A stretch of DNA of 56,034 nt, filler included, from Sphacelaria rigidula (taxonomy: Eukaryota): NCBI GenBank assembly GCA_964200075.2. It is 4 parts of 4 records of this genome, joined end to end, with 100 filler letters (N's around TTAATTAATTAA, not from the genome) between each part and the next. Parts side by side here need not be neighbours in the genome. Positions count along the whole stretch, not along the records: positions 14,036 to 27,968 come from CAXNAA020002573.1; positions 28,069 to 42,001 come from CAXNAA020002574.1; 2 more parts are not named here. One strand, written 5' to 3'. The position numbers and the translations under genes are program-made. The notes under the pieces were generated by a model, which ran no database searches, had not been told where the DNA came from, and saw only the letters and a program-made list of their open reading frames with translations. Below are positions 23,431-34,406 of this stretch, piece after piece (the stretch's first letter is position 1; each line of letters starts with the position of its first letter).

Positions 23431-23789
23431 ATCTTCTTGTTCTTATTCGGAAGCGCCGAAGAGCACCTTTTTTCCCCCCGCTAGCGGTGTAGTTGGCGGT
23501 GCCTAGTCGCACGACAAAAACATAGCAGATTGTTTCTGCGTCGCTCCCCGCTGGCGGGTCGGCGGGGACACGGGCAGAGATACGTGACGATCATCGGCCG
23601 TCACTATGTGCATACGGCCGTTGAACATGTGATCAATGTGATGAATGGTACCGACTGCACCGCGACAAACCTGAACCCGAGTTTGAGTCTGGGCAAAGCA
23701 GTTTCAGTGTTCAGTTTTATGCGCCGCATGACAAGAAACAAAAACGACTCCCAGTGTAGAAACTGTATTCTGATACCGCAACGCTAACG

Positions 23790-23870
23790 GAGAAACACAA
23801 TCCCGAGCCAGGACTCGAACTCGATCCCTGGTGTTAAGAAAACCTGTTTCACCTAAGTGCCACGAGCCGC
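23790..23870 (-). mobile_element. tRNA-derived SINE head
   Basis: Minus strand GGCTCGTGGCACTTAGGTG (A-box-like) ... GAGTTCGAGTCC (B-box). No complete cloverleaf. Confidence 0.5.
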
Positions 23871-25444
23871 GGGAAAAGACGCTCAGTTCGAGTCTCGGCA
23901 GAGCTTTTTCGAAATTTTAGTTCTTGTCGCGTGAAAAAAAAAAAAAACGACTCCCGGTGTAGAAAACCTGTGCTTTCATACGAGCTGGGCCAGCTCAAAA
24001 GCGGCTAAAAGTTGCTCACACCACAGCTTTCCCAATTTCCCGAATGAACCCGATGAAAGCATATCACTGTGAAGTGTAGACCAACCTGGTAACACACGGC
24101 ACCGCCGCTCAAAGAAAAAAAATGAAAGAAAAATGTAGTGCACAATGTATGAGCTCAACGACGGACGAAAATAAAATATAGTTTGTCGGGATTCGAACTC
24201 ATGACCTCCACAATTGGAGTTTCTCATTACTTCATTTTTAGGGGTACAGCAGCGTCACGGAAAATGTTGAAAGCACGGCCCAATTCGACGACTATTGAGC
24301 TGAAATTTCAGGTAGACCTTCTGCACCCAAGGAAGTGATACTTGACGTGAGCAGCTGCGGATTCTCTTTTTTTTTTCCTGGACTTATGGCATTGTCTTGT
24401 TATCGCTAAAATTTCAAATGCCCACAAAGTTTTATTTTCTTCTTTTTTTCGCTGCTCACGTGATCTTCTGCATTTTCGATCACGAATAAAGCTGCTGTCG
24501 AACTTTCAGCGTCCAACTCATACTATCGCGCCTTGCGTCGCCTGAGCGAGATTCACACCTACTCTTGTCTGGTCCAGCTCGTCCCGCATCACGAACAATA
24601 ACAAAAACGGCCGAGCCAAGACTCGAAGTCGACTCGAAGACTCGAAGTCGACTCCCGGTGTGAAGAATACGTGTTCCACTTGAGCACCACGGGCGGGAGG
24701 AAAAGAGCCCAGGCGAAGGCTCGAACACGGGACGACTGGTCAAGTCACATATACCGCCCGCCCAATGAAGTCATCCTCACTGCTCGGTAGAAGGGATAGA
24801 TTTTGCCTTATACAGATGTGAAGCTCCGGGCGCAGGCGAGTGCAGGGCGGTAGTATAGTAATTCCATCATATGAATGGTAATTGATGACGACAACGGAAA
24901 CCCAGAGCTTGCCGCCATAATTATTTGTCTGTGTGCGTGCAGCCATCACTTCTGAACTCCTGGTAAGTCGAGAGATATGCCTCCACGTGTTCGGCACCAA
25001 ATCACAACGGCGTACTTGTTGTACTGTGCGTGACGCAATATGACCTGTGGTTTACGTAGTTTAATTGAATGCGATGGATTAAAATCACTACGCAAAGGTG
25101 ACACTATATTGCGGCCGTGGAGCCGCTTTGGTATGCCCTTTGGGAGGTTGGTAACGTCAACCACGGTATCCAGGCACCGCGGTAATGCACGGCGTTTATT
25201 TTTTGTAATGTGCCACCCTGGTGGTCATTGGTACGGGAACCAGTCAAGATGGTGATAATGGCGTTTCGGTTCCTTGTGTGTATTTCTTCACCATGCGGCA
25301 TGATGGTGTTTCCGTTCTTTTGTGTGTGTTTCCTTGACGATGTGGCAACTCATGGTCAATACTTACTATGCCTAGACATGCGAGCAACACGAGATCGTAC
25401 GTGGACCTCATGCAGGTGAACTTGTTGTTTACAAAGCTGAAAAA

Positions 25445-25600
25445 GAGAGGATTCTCAAAAATGAGGTTTAACAAAAAAATGAGTCTTGATGCCGAAACAG
25501 TGCTTTCCCTATACCAAGCGTAATTCCCGTTGTGTAGAGAAAACACTGTTTCGGGGTTGAGACTCATTTTTTGTCCAACCTCTTTTCTCAGGATTGCCTC
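25445..25600. repeat. Compact hairpin (about 155 nt)
   Basis: agagg...gaggtttaacaaaaaaatgagtcttgatgccgaaacagtg pairs with cactgtttcggggttgagactcattttttgtccaacctc...cctct. Confidence 0.8.
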
Positions 25601-25834
25601 TTGAAGGTCATGTTGACCAAGCAGAGGAAGGAGTTCATTTTGCTTTGCTGTACAGTAATCGGGAGCAGTATATTTGCACGCTTATTCGTTCGGACGGGAA
25701 TGAGAGAACATGATTTGCTCAGTATGGATCTGGATGGGAACGGGAGAACATCATTGGCTCGGTAACGGTTTCGATGGTAGTGATCATTCCGATTGATCCT
25801 GGTGACCATTCAACACGGAATTATAAAAAAATGA

Positions 25835-26270
25835 AGAGAAGATGCTGATGAATGAGGTTGAACATTACCATGAGGTTCAACTCCAAAAATACAGTTATTT
25901 CCTCGGCCTGAAAGTCATGAAAACTGACTGTCATGCGAGCGACTTCGTGCACTACGACCTCCCTAAAATATTTTGGGGGGGGGTTTCTCGTCTTCCGTTT
26001 CCCTGAAGGGTATGTGCGAAAGCGCCTTTTTGGCACAATTTCGAGTTTGAAGAAAACGGACGATTTTAGCCCGACAACGGTGTTGTCACACATAACCTTC
26101 GGGGGAACGGAATACCGGCAGCCCCCGAAATAGTTTCAGGGAGAACGGGGGGCTTCAGGTTGTCCATGTGAAGAACATCTTTGTAACGACTTGAGGCCAG
26201 AGAAGCACTGTTTGGAGTTAAACGTTGTTTCAAAGTTTATCCTCATTTCTCATGATTCCTTCTTGTATTG
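25835..26270. mobile_element. Foldback element with diverged inverted arms
   Basis: ctccctaaaatattttgggggg...ttccgtttccctgaagggtatgtg pairs with cacataaccttcgggggaacggaa...cccccgaaatagtttcagggag. The outer aactccaaa...ggcct pairs with aggcc...tttggagtt. Confidence 0.7.
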
Positions 26271-27519
26271 CGGATGGGTTTGTTTCTGAGGATGAGCGTT
26301 GAGAACCGTCATAATAAGCATCGTTTCTTTTTAATGAAGATGCACGCTCCGGCCGTGACTTGAAGAATTTTGCCCCAGAGCTCTCGCGCTGTATGTTTTG
26401 AATTGGCGTTGAAGAACAACCTGACCGTGAGATTAGGAACGGATTGTTTTATTGAAAAGGGGAGCTTGTTCGTGATTCACATCAAAGAGGTCGAGTCAGC
26501 CGACACGGCCGTCACCCCCCTGGAAGACTGTGTGATGTCACAAAGTTATCAGGGATTGATGACGAGGAAAATGGGCTTCACGGTGGAACACCCCGAACAG
26601 AGAGGCGAGAAGGCCAGGAAAGAGGGCCATGGGCAACAATTCTCACGAACTCCAACCCGTCGTTGTCATCACCGCAGTAGCAGCAGTAGTAGACTGAGTA
26701 CTGCGGGAAGGGGCCCGAAGAAGAGGCGAAGGAAAAATGAATGTATGAGGGTGTGTCGTGGGGTGTGATTCCTTCGTCTTATTGCTGGATATCCTGAGTG
26801 ACGTACACCCGGTCGCTTTTTTTACTCGTGTATGTTACCAGTATGATGAAAACAGCATCCACTATCCGCTCTCGAGCCATCTGTTGTGAGGAGTAGATGT
26901 ATTTTGGTTGGATATTTCACACTTGGAACATTCGAAAACGTTTGAGGCCCGAAGACAGGGGATGTCGTCGGAATGAAGATACTGTAATGCAGAGGCTATG
27001 ACCATTTGCATGAATATCAGAGCAAATAACATTCAAATATGACATTTTGAGGTTTATTCTTATCCGGAGGCCATTCTCGACACCACAGGGCTCAGCGAAT
27101 CGGCGAAGTGGGCTGGACTTTTCTGCCTAAGGTGATGCATAATACGCAAGACACGCTGTGGTGATATTTCCTGTTTTGAAGCGAAACGCTGTGTCGCATG
27201 CCCCAGAGCTGAAGAAACAAAGAGAACAACACACGACAATCCAATCCCCGAACAGAGATGGCCTCGTGCGACGAGTTTCGTTTTGTGTGTGTGGTGCGTG
27301 TCTCATACATGTCTCTTTTTCATACTGTGGTGCCCGTTCATTGTTCTCTTTCGCTGGTGTGAAAACATGTTGCTTTTTCAGCTGGGATGCTGTTCCCTTA
27401 GGTTCATGTTTCGTTTCTCGGTCCCCCCGCCTCTCGTCTCATGAGTCACGTAACTAACCGCCGCCTCGACACCTACCCCCACACACCGAAACCCACAATT
27501 ATTGAAGGATGCCGTAGTC

Positions 27520-27745
27520 TCCCCCTCCTCGTTGTCATTTGTCGAAACATCGGAGCTGTTGGCGCTCCGAGCGGCATGTCCTCAACCGTGGTCAGCTCCA
27601 TGCGCCCTTTTTGTCGGAGGGGGGGGGGGGCGTAATGCTTACGGCGCCGCCCGAACAAAAAGAAGGCGCAGGGAGGTGACGACGGATGAAGACATCCCGC
27701 TTGAAGCACCAACAGCTCGGATTTTTTCGATCACCGACAGCGAGC
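27520..27745. mobile_element. Foldback element
   Basis: gagctgttggcgctccgagcggcatgtcctca...gcgccctttttgt pairs with acaaaaagaaggcgc...tgaagacatcccgcttgaagcaccaacagctc. Confidence 0.7.
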
Positions 27746-27968
27746 AGAGTTCCGACGAGGAGGCTATGACCATTTCGTCCATTTATGGCAACGGTTGACA
27801 CGCGCGAGTGGGGCGGGGGGGGCGTACTCATTTGTTACTTGCCTTAGTCATTTGACCATTGACCATTGACAGTGGGGCGGGGGGGGGGGGGGGGGGGGGG
27901 TGTACTTATTTGTTTTCTTTGTTGATATATGTATGTTTTGACTCCCGAGCCCTCCGAAGGGGAGGGGG

Positions 27969-28068
27969 NNNNNNNNNNNNNNNNNNNNNNNNNNNNNNNN
28001 NNNNNNNNNNNNTTAATTAATTAANNNNNNNNNNNNNNNNNNNNNNNNNNNNNNNNNNNNNNNNNNNN
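27969..28068. other. Artificial contig spacer
   Basis: N44-TTAATTAATTAA-N44. Confidence 0.98.
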
Positions 28069-28116
<48 letters not shown>

Positions 28117-28128
28117 GCAATGATAATA
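28069..28128 (+). repeat. (AAT)n microsatellite at the contig end
   Basis: Visible ataataata... run. Confidence 0.95.
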
Positions 28129-28246
28129 AATGTCGCTGGACATACTCATCAAATATGCAAAGTAGGGTCCTTGCGCGGGGAGAAGGTGAGCACGTGAGAC
28201 GGTGCCGCTATAAGGCCACCCGCATATCCAAAACGTAAAAAGTCAC

Positions 28247-31200
28247 CTGTGAGATCTCGAACACCACCATCAATCAGCACTCCTTGCGGATGCCACACGG
28301 GAGTGAACAGGCCGGGAAAGGTACACGAGGCTCTCAACGCAGGAGCGATGTTACCCTTCGTGATGCTTCGTTCTGCGAGACGCGAGATGTCGAACGCAGA
28401 GACCGCGAGAGGCACCTTGCAGTGGTCGAAGGTTGTCACCCCTTCAGGTAAATTTTCGCTGATTATCTCCTGTTCGGACACAACGGCAGACGACAAGAAC
28501 CTCGAAATAACTGACTTGTAAGAACGTCATTGTCTCGACACATGGCACCGATATGTATGTGCGGCTACATTCAGGGCTTGTCGCGAGAAAAAAGGCTGGC
28601 GGGAAATCGCGCAGGACTGAACGGGACATGAGTTGTCGTCCTGCCTCGTCGTGGGTTTGGCGACGGGCACGCGTTCCCGTCCCGTCCCGTCGTGTTTTGG
28701 TACCGGACAACATTCTCATCCCGTCCTGCTTTTTCCATGGCGACGGAAACATGTTCCTGCTCCGTCCTGGTGACGGGTGAACGTTCCCGTTCCGCCCCAT
28801 CCTCAAGGGAAAATTCTCCATACTTCGGCGAGAATTCCCGTCAATGGAAACGGAATTCCCATCCAATTTGAGGGAAGCTGAGGATATCTTCACAGGAGGT
28901 GGGATTTTCTCGATTTCCGCGCTTTAGTTTTTCCCACAATCCATTCGTGAATTTTGCATTAACGGACGAACGGTCAAAAATATCGAAACCGGGGCTTGTC
29001 ATAAACTTCGGGACGGGGAATCTTGGCCCCCTGAAGGTCACGGGACGTGGCGGGAACATTTCTCACCTATTCAACATCTGTTAGATTTTGCACCTCGAAA
29101 CCGGCGATTTATTTTCCGTGAACACGCCTGAGCGTCGATGCAATCAATTATCGCCTCATCGCGCTTGTTTCAGGGGGAGGGGTGAGGGGACGGGGCGTTT
29201 AATCCTCGCACCTACTGCCTCCCGTTCTATTCGGTATTAGTTGTACATACGCTCTACAAAAACTCGGAAAAATCCACTGCATTTGTGGTCACCTCTTCTT
29301 GAAACTCTTGCTGCTCTTCGTCTTCTCCTACTGAATCCATTTTCCTTTTTTGCAGTTTCCTACGTCGCCCATTTTTTTAATTTTTCATGTTGGCTGTTTC
29401 TGCACAGAAGGCAGTGATCCCTAGTTCCTACCTCCGGTACGTATACACGTACTTCCGTTTTCCCAATGCTTCCATATTCCACCGCTATTTGTCAAGAATG
29501 GAGCTTTTTCCCTATTGAATGCATTGCCCAGGCCGCCGCGTCCCGGTGAAATGGTCCGACTGTCGCCATTAGGGTGGAGAAAACGAGGGTTCGATCCCCG
29601 ATGTGTTGCGCTTTTTCTTCATAGTATCTGATTTCCACCGTGGGAAGCGTGAGTATGTGAGTAAACAAAGTAGTGGACTGAGTTTGTTGGACGTGAACTG
29701 ACGCGGTGCGGGAGTGGTGACCCAATCCGCGAGACCAAAATGCAAAGCGTGTACCGGGCAGAAATGCGTTGATCCCTTGAGACCACGGACTCGTCCCGAG
29801 GAAGGGGAGGGGTTCAAGGTGCGAAAAATAAAAAAAGAACAGTCCATTGTGGATATGGCTGCTGTACTTTATCGTATCACGCCATGTCGTTATTCTCCAG
29901 GAACTTAACATCTCTACCCCCTTCCTATTCCACTTCGCTTCCCCATGAGGAGGGGACGGGTCGGAAACATCTCAAGGGAATCGTTTTCATGAGGACGGGA
30001 CGGGACGGTAATTCCTGTCCTACTTGTCAACGAAAATTCCCGCTGTGTCACTCCATAAATCATTTCGCCCTGTTCGTCAAGTCTTTGGCGACAAAAAATC
30101 GTTCGTCCCGTCTCGCCGCAATTTTGGCTAGGGAAACACTGTCACATATCTTCCCGTGACCTTCGGAGGGGGCAAGGATACCTGTCCCGTCCCGAAGTCC
30201 CGTGACAAACCCTGGGTATTTTCCCTGTCATAATGTGGGTGGTTCGACTTCGGACAAGGCAGATGCACGGGAGCACGTCGACACAAAAATTTCATTTTTC
30301 TTTGCAGTATATGAAGTCCAACGGCACCAAGTACACAAAACTCACCTCGAACTTCACACCCCGGAGGACACCTCCAAATCCAAGAGGATCCCAAAAGTCC
30401 GACCGCTTGAACTTCACCACTATTTCTCCCATAACATTAGGGGAAAGTCCGGAGGCAAACAGTCCAGCTACTAACGCGCCCGCGCTAGCTCCCGTAGCGT
30501 AGCTCACCTACATTTGTTGTCGGGGGTGGGTGCCGAGTTCGGTAGATGTGCAGAGAGAACAACATTCATATGGCAGAAATATTGAGTGCACCAGCTGAGG
30601 TGTGACCCCGAGCCGCTAGCAGGACACGAGCCCGGCACATGCACATTTTCCATTCACCCTTTACCGTTTGCTAACTGCACGGAAAGGAAAACTCCTCGAA
30701 TAACGCCAATAGCTCGAGCTTTGCATTGCGATAATCGAGCACCACTGAGGACGCTCGGCATCATTTTTGTACTACCTTGTCGCGACAAGAGTACTATCTA
30801 CCGCTTGACGCCTCGACATGAAGAAAGACGAAGAGAAGTGAGAGCACAGGCAAGCAAATGAAAACTACTATGTTCACCATGCTGAACTAAGAACCTGTTT
30901 TACACCCGCTACACCGAAACCTGGGCACACGTACCCCTCCAAGAAGCTCCTCGTTTTCCAGGGCCATCAAGGCGCCGGTGTGAGCGTAAAACCCGAAGAA
31001 TCCAGGCGCCATGGACAATACATACGGGCCCTGAACAGGAACACGGGCGGGAGGTCCGGCGGGCGCAAGTCGAAGGCGGAATATCAGGTCGGGGACCCCG
31101 GAGGGGTGCAAAATATCTTGGATTCAGTATGACCTAAGAAAGAGAGGCAAATCGATGGCACAATACATTTGGAGGTCTCCATAAATGTACATAGGTCAGG

Positions 31201-31807
31201 CAAGAAAAAAGGGTGAGACATGGATGATCTTGTATGTGCGGGGAGAGAGGGGGGAACCAGCGGACTATAGACCTTAAGGAAAAAGTGGATATTGATGCTG
31301 ATAATTCGAGCGGCCAGGACCGACAAGAGTGAAGTAGGCACCATTTGCGCCTACCACCACCACGCGAAAGCTTATGTGGGGACAACGGTCAATTACCATG
31401 CACAAACCATGCAAGCAGGAGACTAAACCCACCTGCCTCAGCCACTCTGCCAGCGTGGGTGGCGATGAATCCAAACCTGAAGGAGCCACCACAACCCCTG
31501 ATGAGCCTGATCCTGAACTCGCAGTTGCGCCTTCAAGAATGCCACCCTTGTCGTTCGATTGATAACCAGCGGGCGTGACGGTGGCGCTGCTGCTGCTCCT
31601 GCTGCTACTCTCGCTGCCAGTCATCGACGCCTCCGGAAATACCCCTTCTCGTGGCCTCTCAGGAGTGACGCTGGTAGCCTCCTCGGATGTACGAGAACTG
31701 ATTCGGGTGGATCGTCGCGTGGCACATGCTCCGGATGTACTACCGGTACTTGCACGGTGTTGGGGAGAAACGGCAGGCATCGGCTGTTGCAATTTCGGCT
31801 TCGCCAT
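28247..31807 (-). CDS. Patatin-like phospholipase; exons 31807-31433, 31030-30935, 30507-30346, 28469-28247; 3' end off-contig
   Basis: The spliced peptide carries the patatin motifs in order: Gly-rich loop LSMAPGFFGFYAHTG, nucleophile elbow GASAG (GxSxG), ALRASCTFPGLF.P and catalytic DGG. All junctions are GT-AG and in phase. Confidence 0.9.
28610..30225. mobile_element. Intronic CCCGTCCC/GGGACGGG-rich repeat element(s) with inverted motif orientation
   Basis: Clusters of cccgtcccgt and acgggacggg motifs at about 28610-29060 and about 29940-30220. Confidence 0.5.
29530..29840 (+). mobile_element. tRNA-derived SINE with A-rich tail
   Basis: B-box GGTTCGATCCC at about 29588. The body ends in gagaccacgg, related to the (t)gaccacggg motif whose reverse complement is at 11805, 13923 and 21027. 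Tail aaaaataaaaaaagaa. Confidence 0.6.
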
Positions 31808-34406
31808 ACGCCTGGGAGTTTGGTTGTTGGGGATGGGCAACGTCTTTTGCTCTCAGATACGCCCACTGCGAGACGGGCAAAGCAGAATAGAGAGGATGAG
31901 TGCTCGGAAGGTAACCGGACAAACTAAGCCCTTTCGTTACGGGCAGCATTGGCTGTGCCATCACGAGCCGTCAGAATTCGTGCATACAGCTAGCTACAAA
32001 GGAAGACGGAGGCCCATGACCCTTGTGTTGCTGAAAGTACTCTCGCTTGCAGTGCGCACGAAGAATGTGGAAAGAGGTGGGGGCTGAAGGCAGCAGCGAC
32101 CAGTGGGAGCAAACTCGAGTCAACTACCCAAAGGCGCATTATCACGCCACAACCGACGGCTCAGCGATATTGTCAAGGACGAGCCACGAACTGCGATTAC
32201 ATTTCGAAGCATTGGCCGTGTCGATTTCCTGCTCACCAGCACTTCATGACAGCCGTTTATCTGGGCGTGTTCATGGAACGCTCCGACGTTCAATCCAATG
32301 AAAAGCCTGTGTCGACGTTTTTCCTGCACGAAGGACAAAACTGGGGACTACAGTACCCGCAATGAACGAGTACCTTCACGACCTATGCAACTCACTCAGC
32401 GTAGGCCATGAGTGTGCGGTGACAGCATCGCCTCAGCGAACAGGTTGCTCCTAGTACGTGACCCTCGAAAGGTGTATAACAGCCTTCAAATTGTCGGTGT
32501 ATACCCCTTCTCAAAAGTTTCGGGCCAAACTCTCAAACCTCGGGTGAGGGATCTACGATATCTACACTGTCAAGGGCTTCGAAAATACACACAATATTTG
32601 TCTTAGCCGTAATGATCTGGAAGGCAACGAGTTAAGAGCCAAAACAAGCATCGGTGTTTTTGCCTCGGCGTCACCTAACCGCCCACCAATAATCAGCGCA
32701 GTAGGGCAAGAATTAGAGTATCTATGTTCTTGCAATAAATCGTGTGAGAAACCATCACCGGTGGTTACCGCCACCAGGCCCGATTTGTAATATAAAATTC
32801 GGAGCCAGTCGAAGGCCGTTGACTAGTCGAGGTACATTTTCGCCCTTGGCGCCACCGCCATGACCTTAATAAAAGATGCGGCTAAACTATCCTCCAAAGT
32901 TGTCGATGGTGGTCAGTATGATACCATTGATGTAGTGACTATGGGTACTGTAGGTATTGCGACAGGTATTTGCTGACGGGTGAATTTCGGGTCAAAACTG
33001 TGACCCAGCCCGTATGTGAGCCTCAGACACTTTCTCTAGTCAAGTAGTGGGAACAGCCTGTGGTAACTTGTCTACCTTATCGTGGCTCTGACGAGATGCG
33101 GTAAGGGGCGCACGGCGCGATGAACATGAAGAGAAAACAGGATGGGCGCATTGCCGTCCGCAGGTAAAATGACTACAGCAATTTTAGTGCCAGGTCTAAA
33201 GGTGAGGGTGTATTTACTCGCGGATGATGCATTTTTCAGACGCAAAAAAATTCCAAAATCGGTGGCGAACTGGCCGCACGAAGACCAGGAAAAAGATAAA
33301 CTGGTGTCGAGACAGTCCCATTATTGTGGTTCCTCGAGAGCAGGGAGGTGTGTTTCTAGTAAAATTGCTTTGAGAACTCATCACCATGGGGGTGTTATAC
33401 CCCGTCAAGTACGAAGTCATGATATTGCCATTTCGAGCTGACCAGAGCCGTCAGGACACCTGAAAAACGTGCGCGCGGAATGTACCATACGAAGCGCAAC
33501 GTAAACACTACCATGCACACGCTTGAGCGCTTATAGCAAAAACTTGTGGAACGTTTTGGTGCAGAAGGGTGAACACGCGCGAGGGTGCTGCAGCATGCAA
33601 TTAATTGTACTGTAGCACATATAACTACGAGCATGGTCCCGTTGTTCTGTACAGTTATTCATCTTGTACTGGCTACAGCAACCCAATATGTCCGCATACC
33701 AACAACGGGGTGCAAAACAAGCACAGCTTGGGCAATCAGCAGCACGAGCCAAACGCATACTCAACGTCTCGCTGTGATCTCGGGGTGTGGGCGGGACGTG
33801 GTTGAGAGAAGTGCCAACAGTCAGTACAGCACCCTCCAAAGACGATGCGGTATACTGTGGTGTAAAGTTTATGCTCACGTACACGCCTGCTGCAGGTATA
33901 TGAATCCGTCTGCTCGCTGGAGGAGGAAAGCGCACGTCTCTCCACCAATAGCTTCCTTCGCCCCCGGCAGCTAGCAGGAAAGCTGTGGTAGGCACTAAGG
34001 TGCAAGCGATCCCCCACGTATACAGCCCCCGTTCCGTGCGTGTCCTCATGCGGTGTCACGTGAGATACAGCAGCTGATATACAGATCCGCAGATGCCACG
34101 CATGTACGATGTCATACTGGAGAATGTCTCTACAACGGTGCATGGGTACAGCTGCTCAGGCCAAGCTCAGACTGCCCAGTTCTGGGTTGCCGCACATAAG
34201 TGATATTGTGTCATACTGTGCCCTCTTCCCGCAGGCTGGAACACATACATGAAGACGTGTGTCACAGTATCCATACAACGATCCCTGTATATATCTGTTC
34301 GGGCTGTCGTGCAATACTGGGACGCAGACAGTGAGTGAGAGACATTATCAAGGTTTGACCATTCCACGCTACAGATATCAACCTCCGACCGATCCCACTC
34401 TTTACC

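Noticed and set aside
14036-27968. Contig 2 as an integrated phaeovirus (EsV-1-like) segment
   Set aside because: Only one virus-shared domain gene is present. There are no NCLDV core genes or dense intronless ORFs, and the surroundings are host-type MITEs and SINEs.
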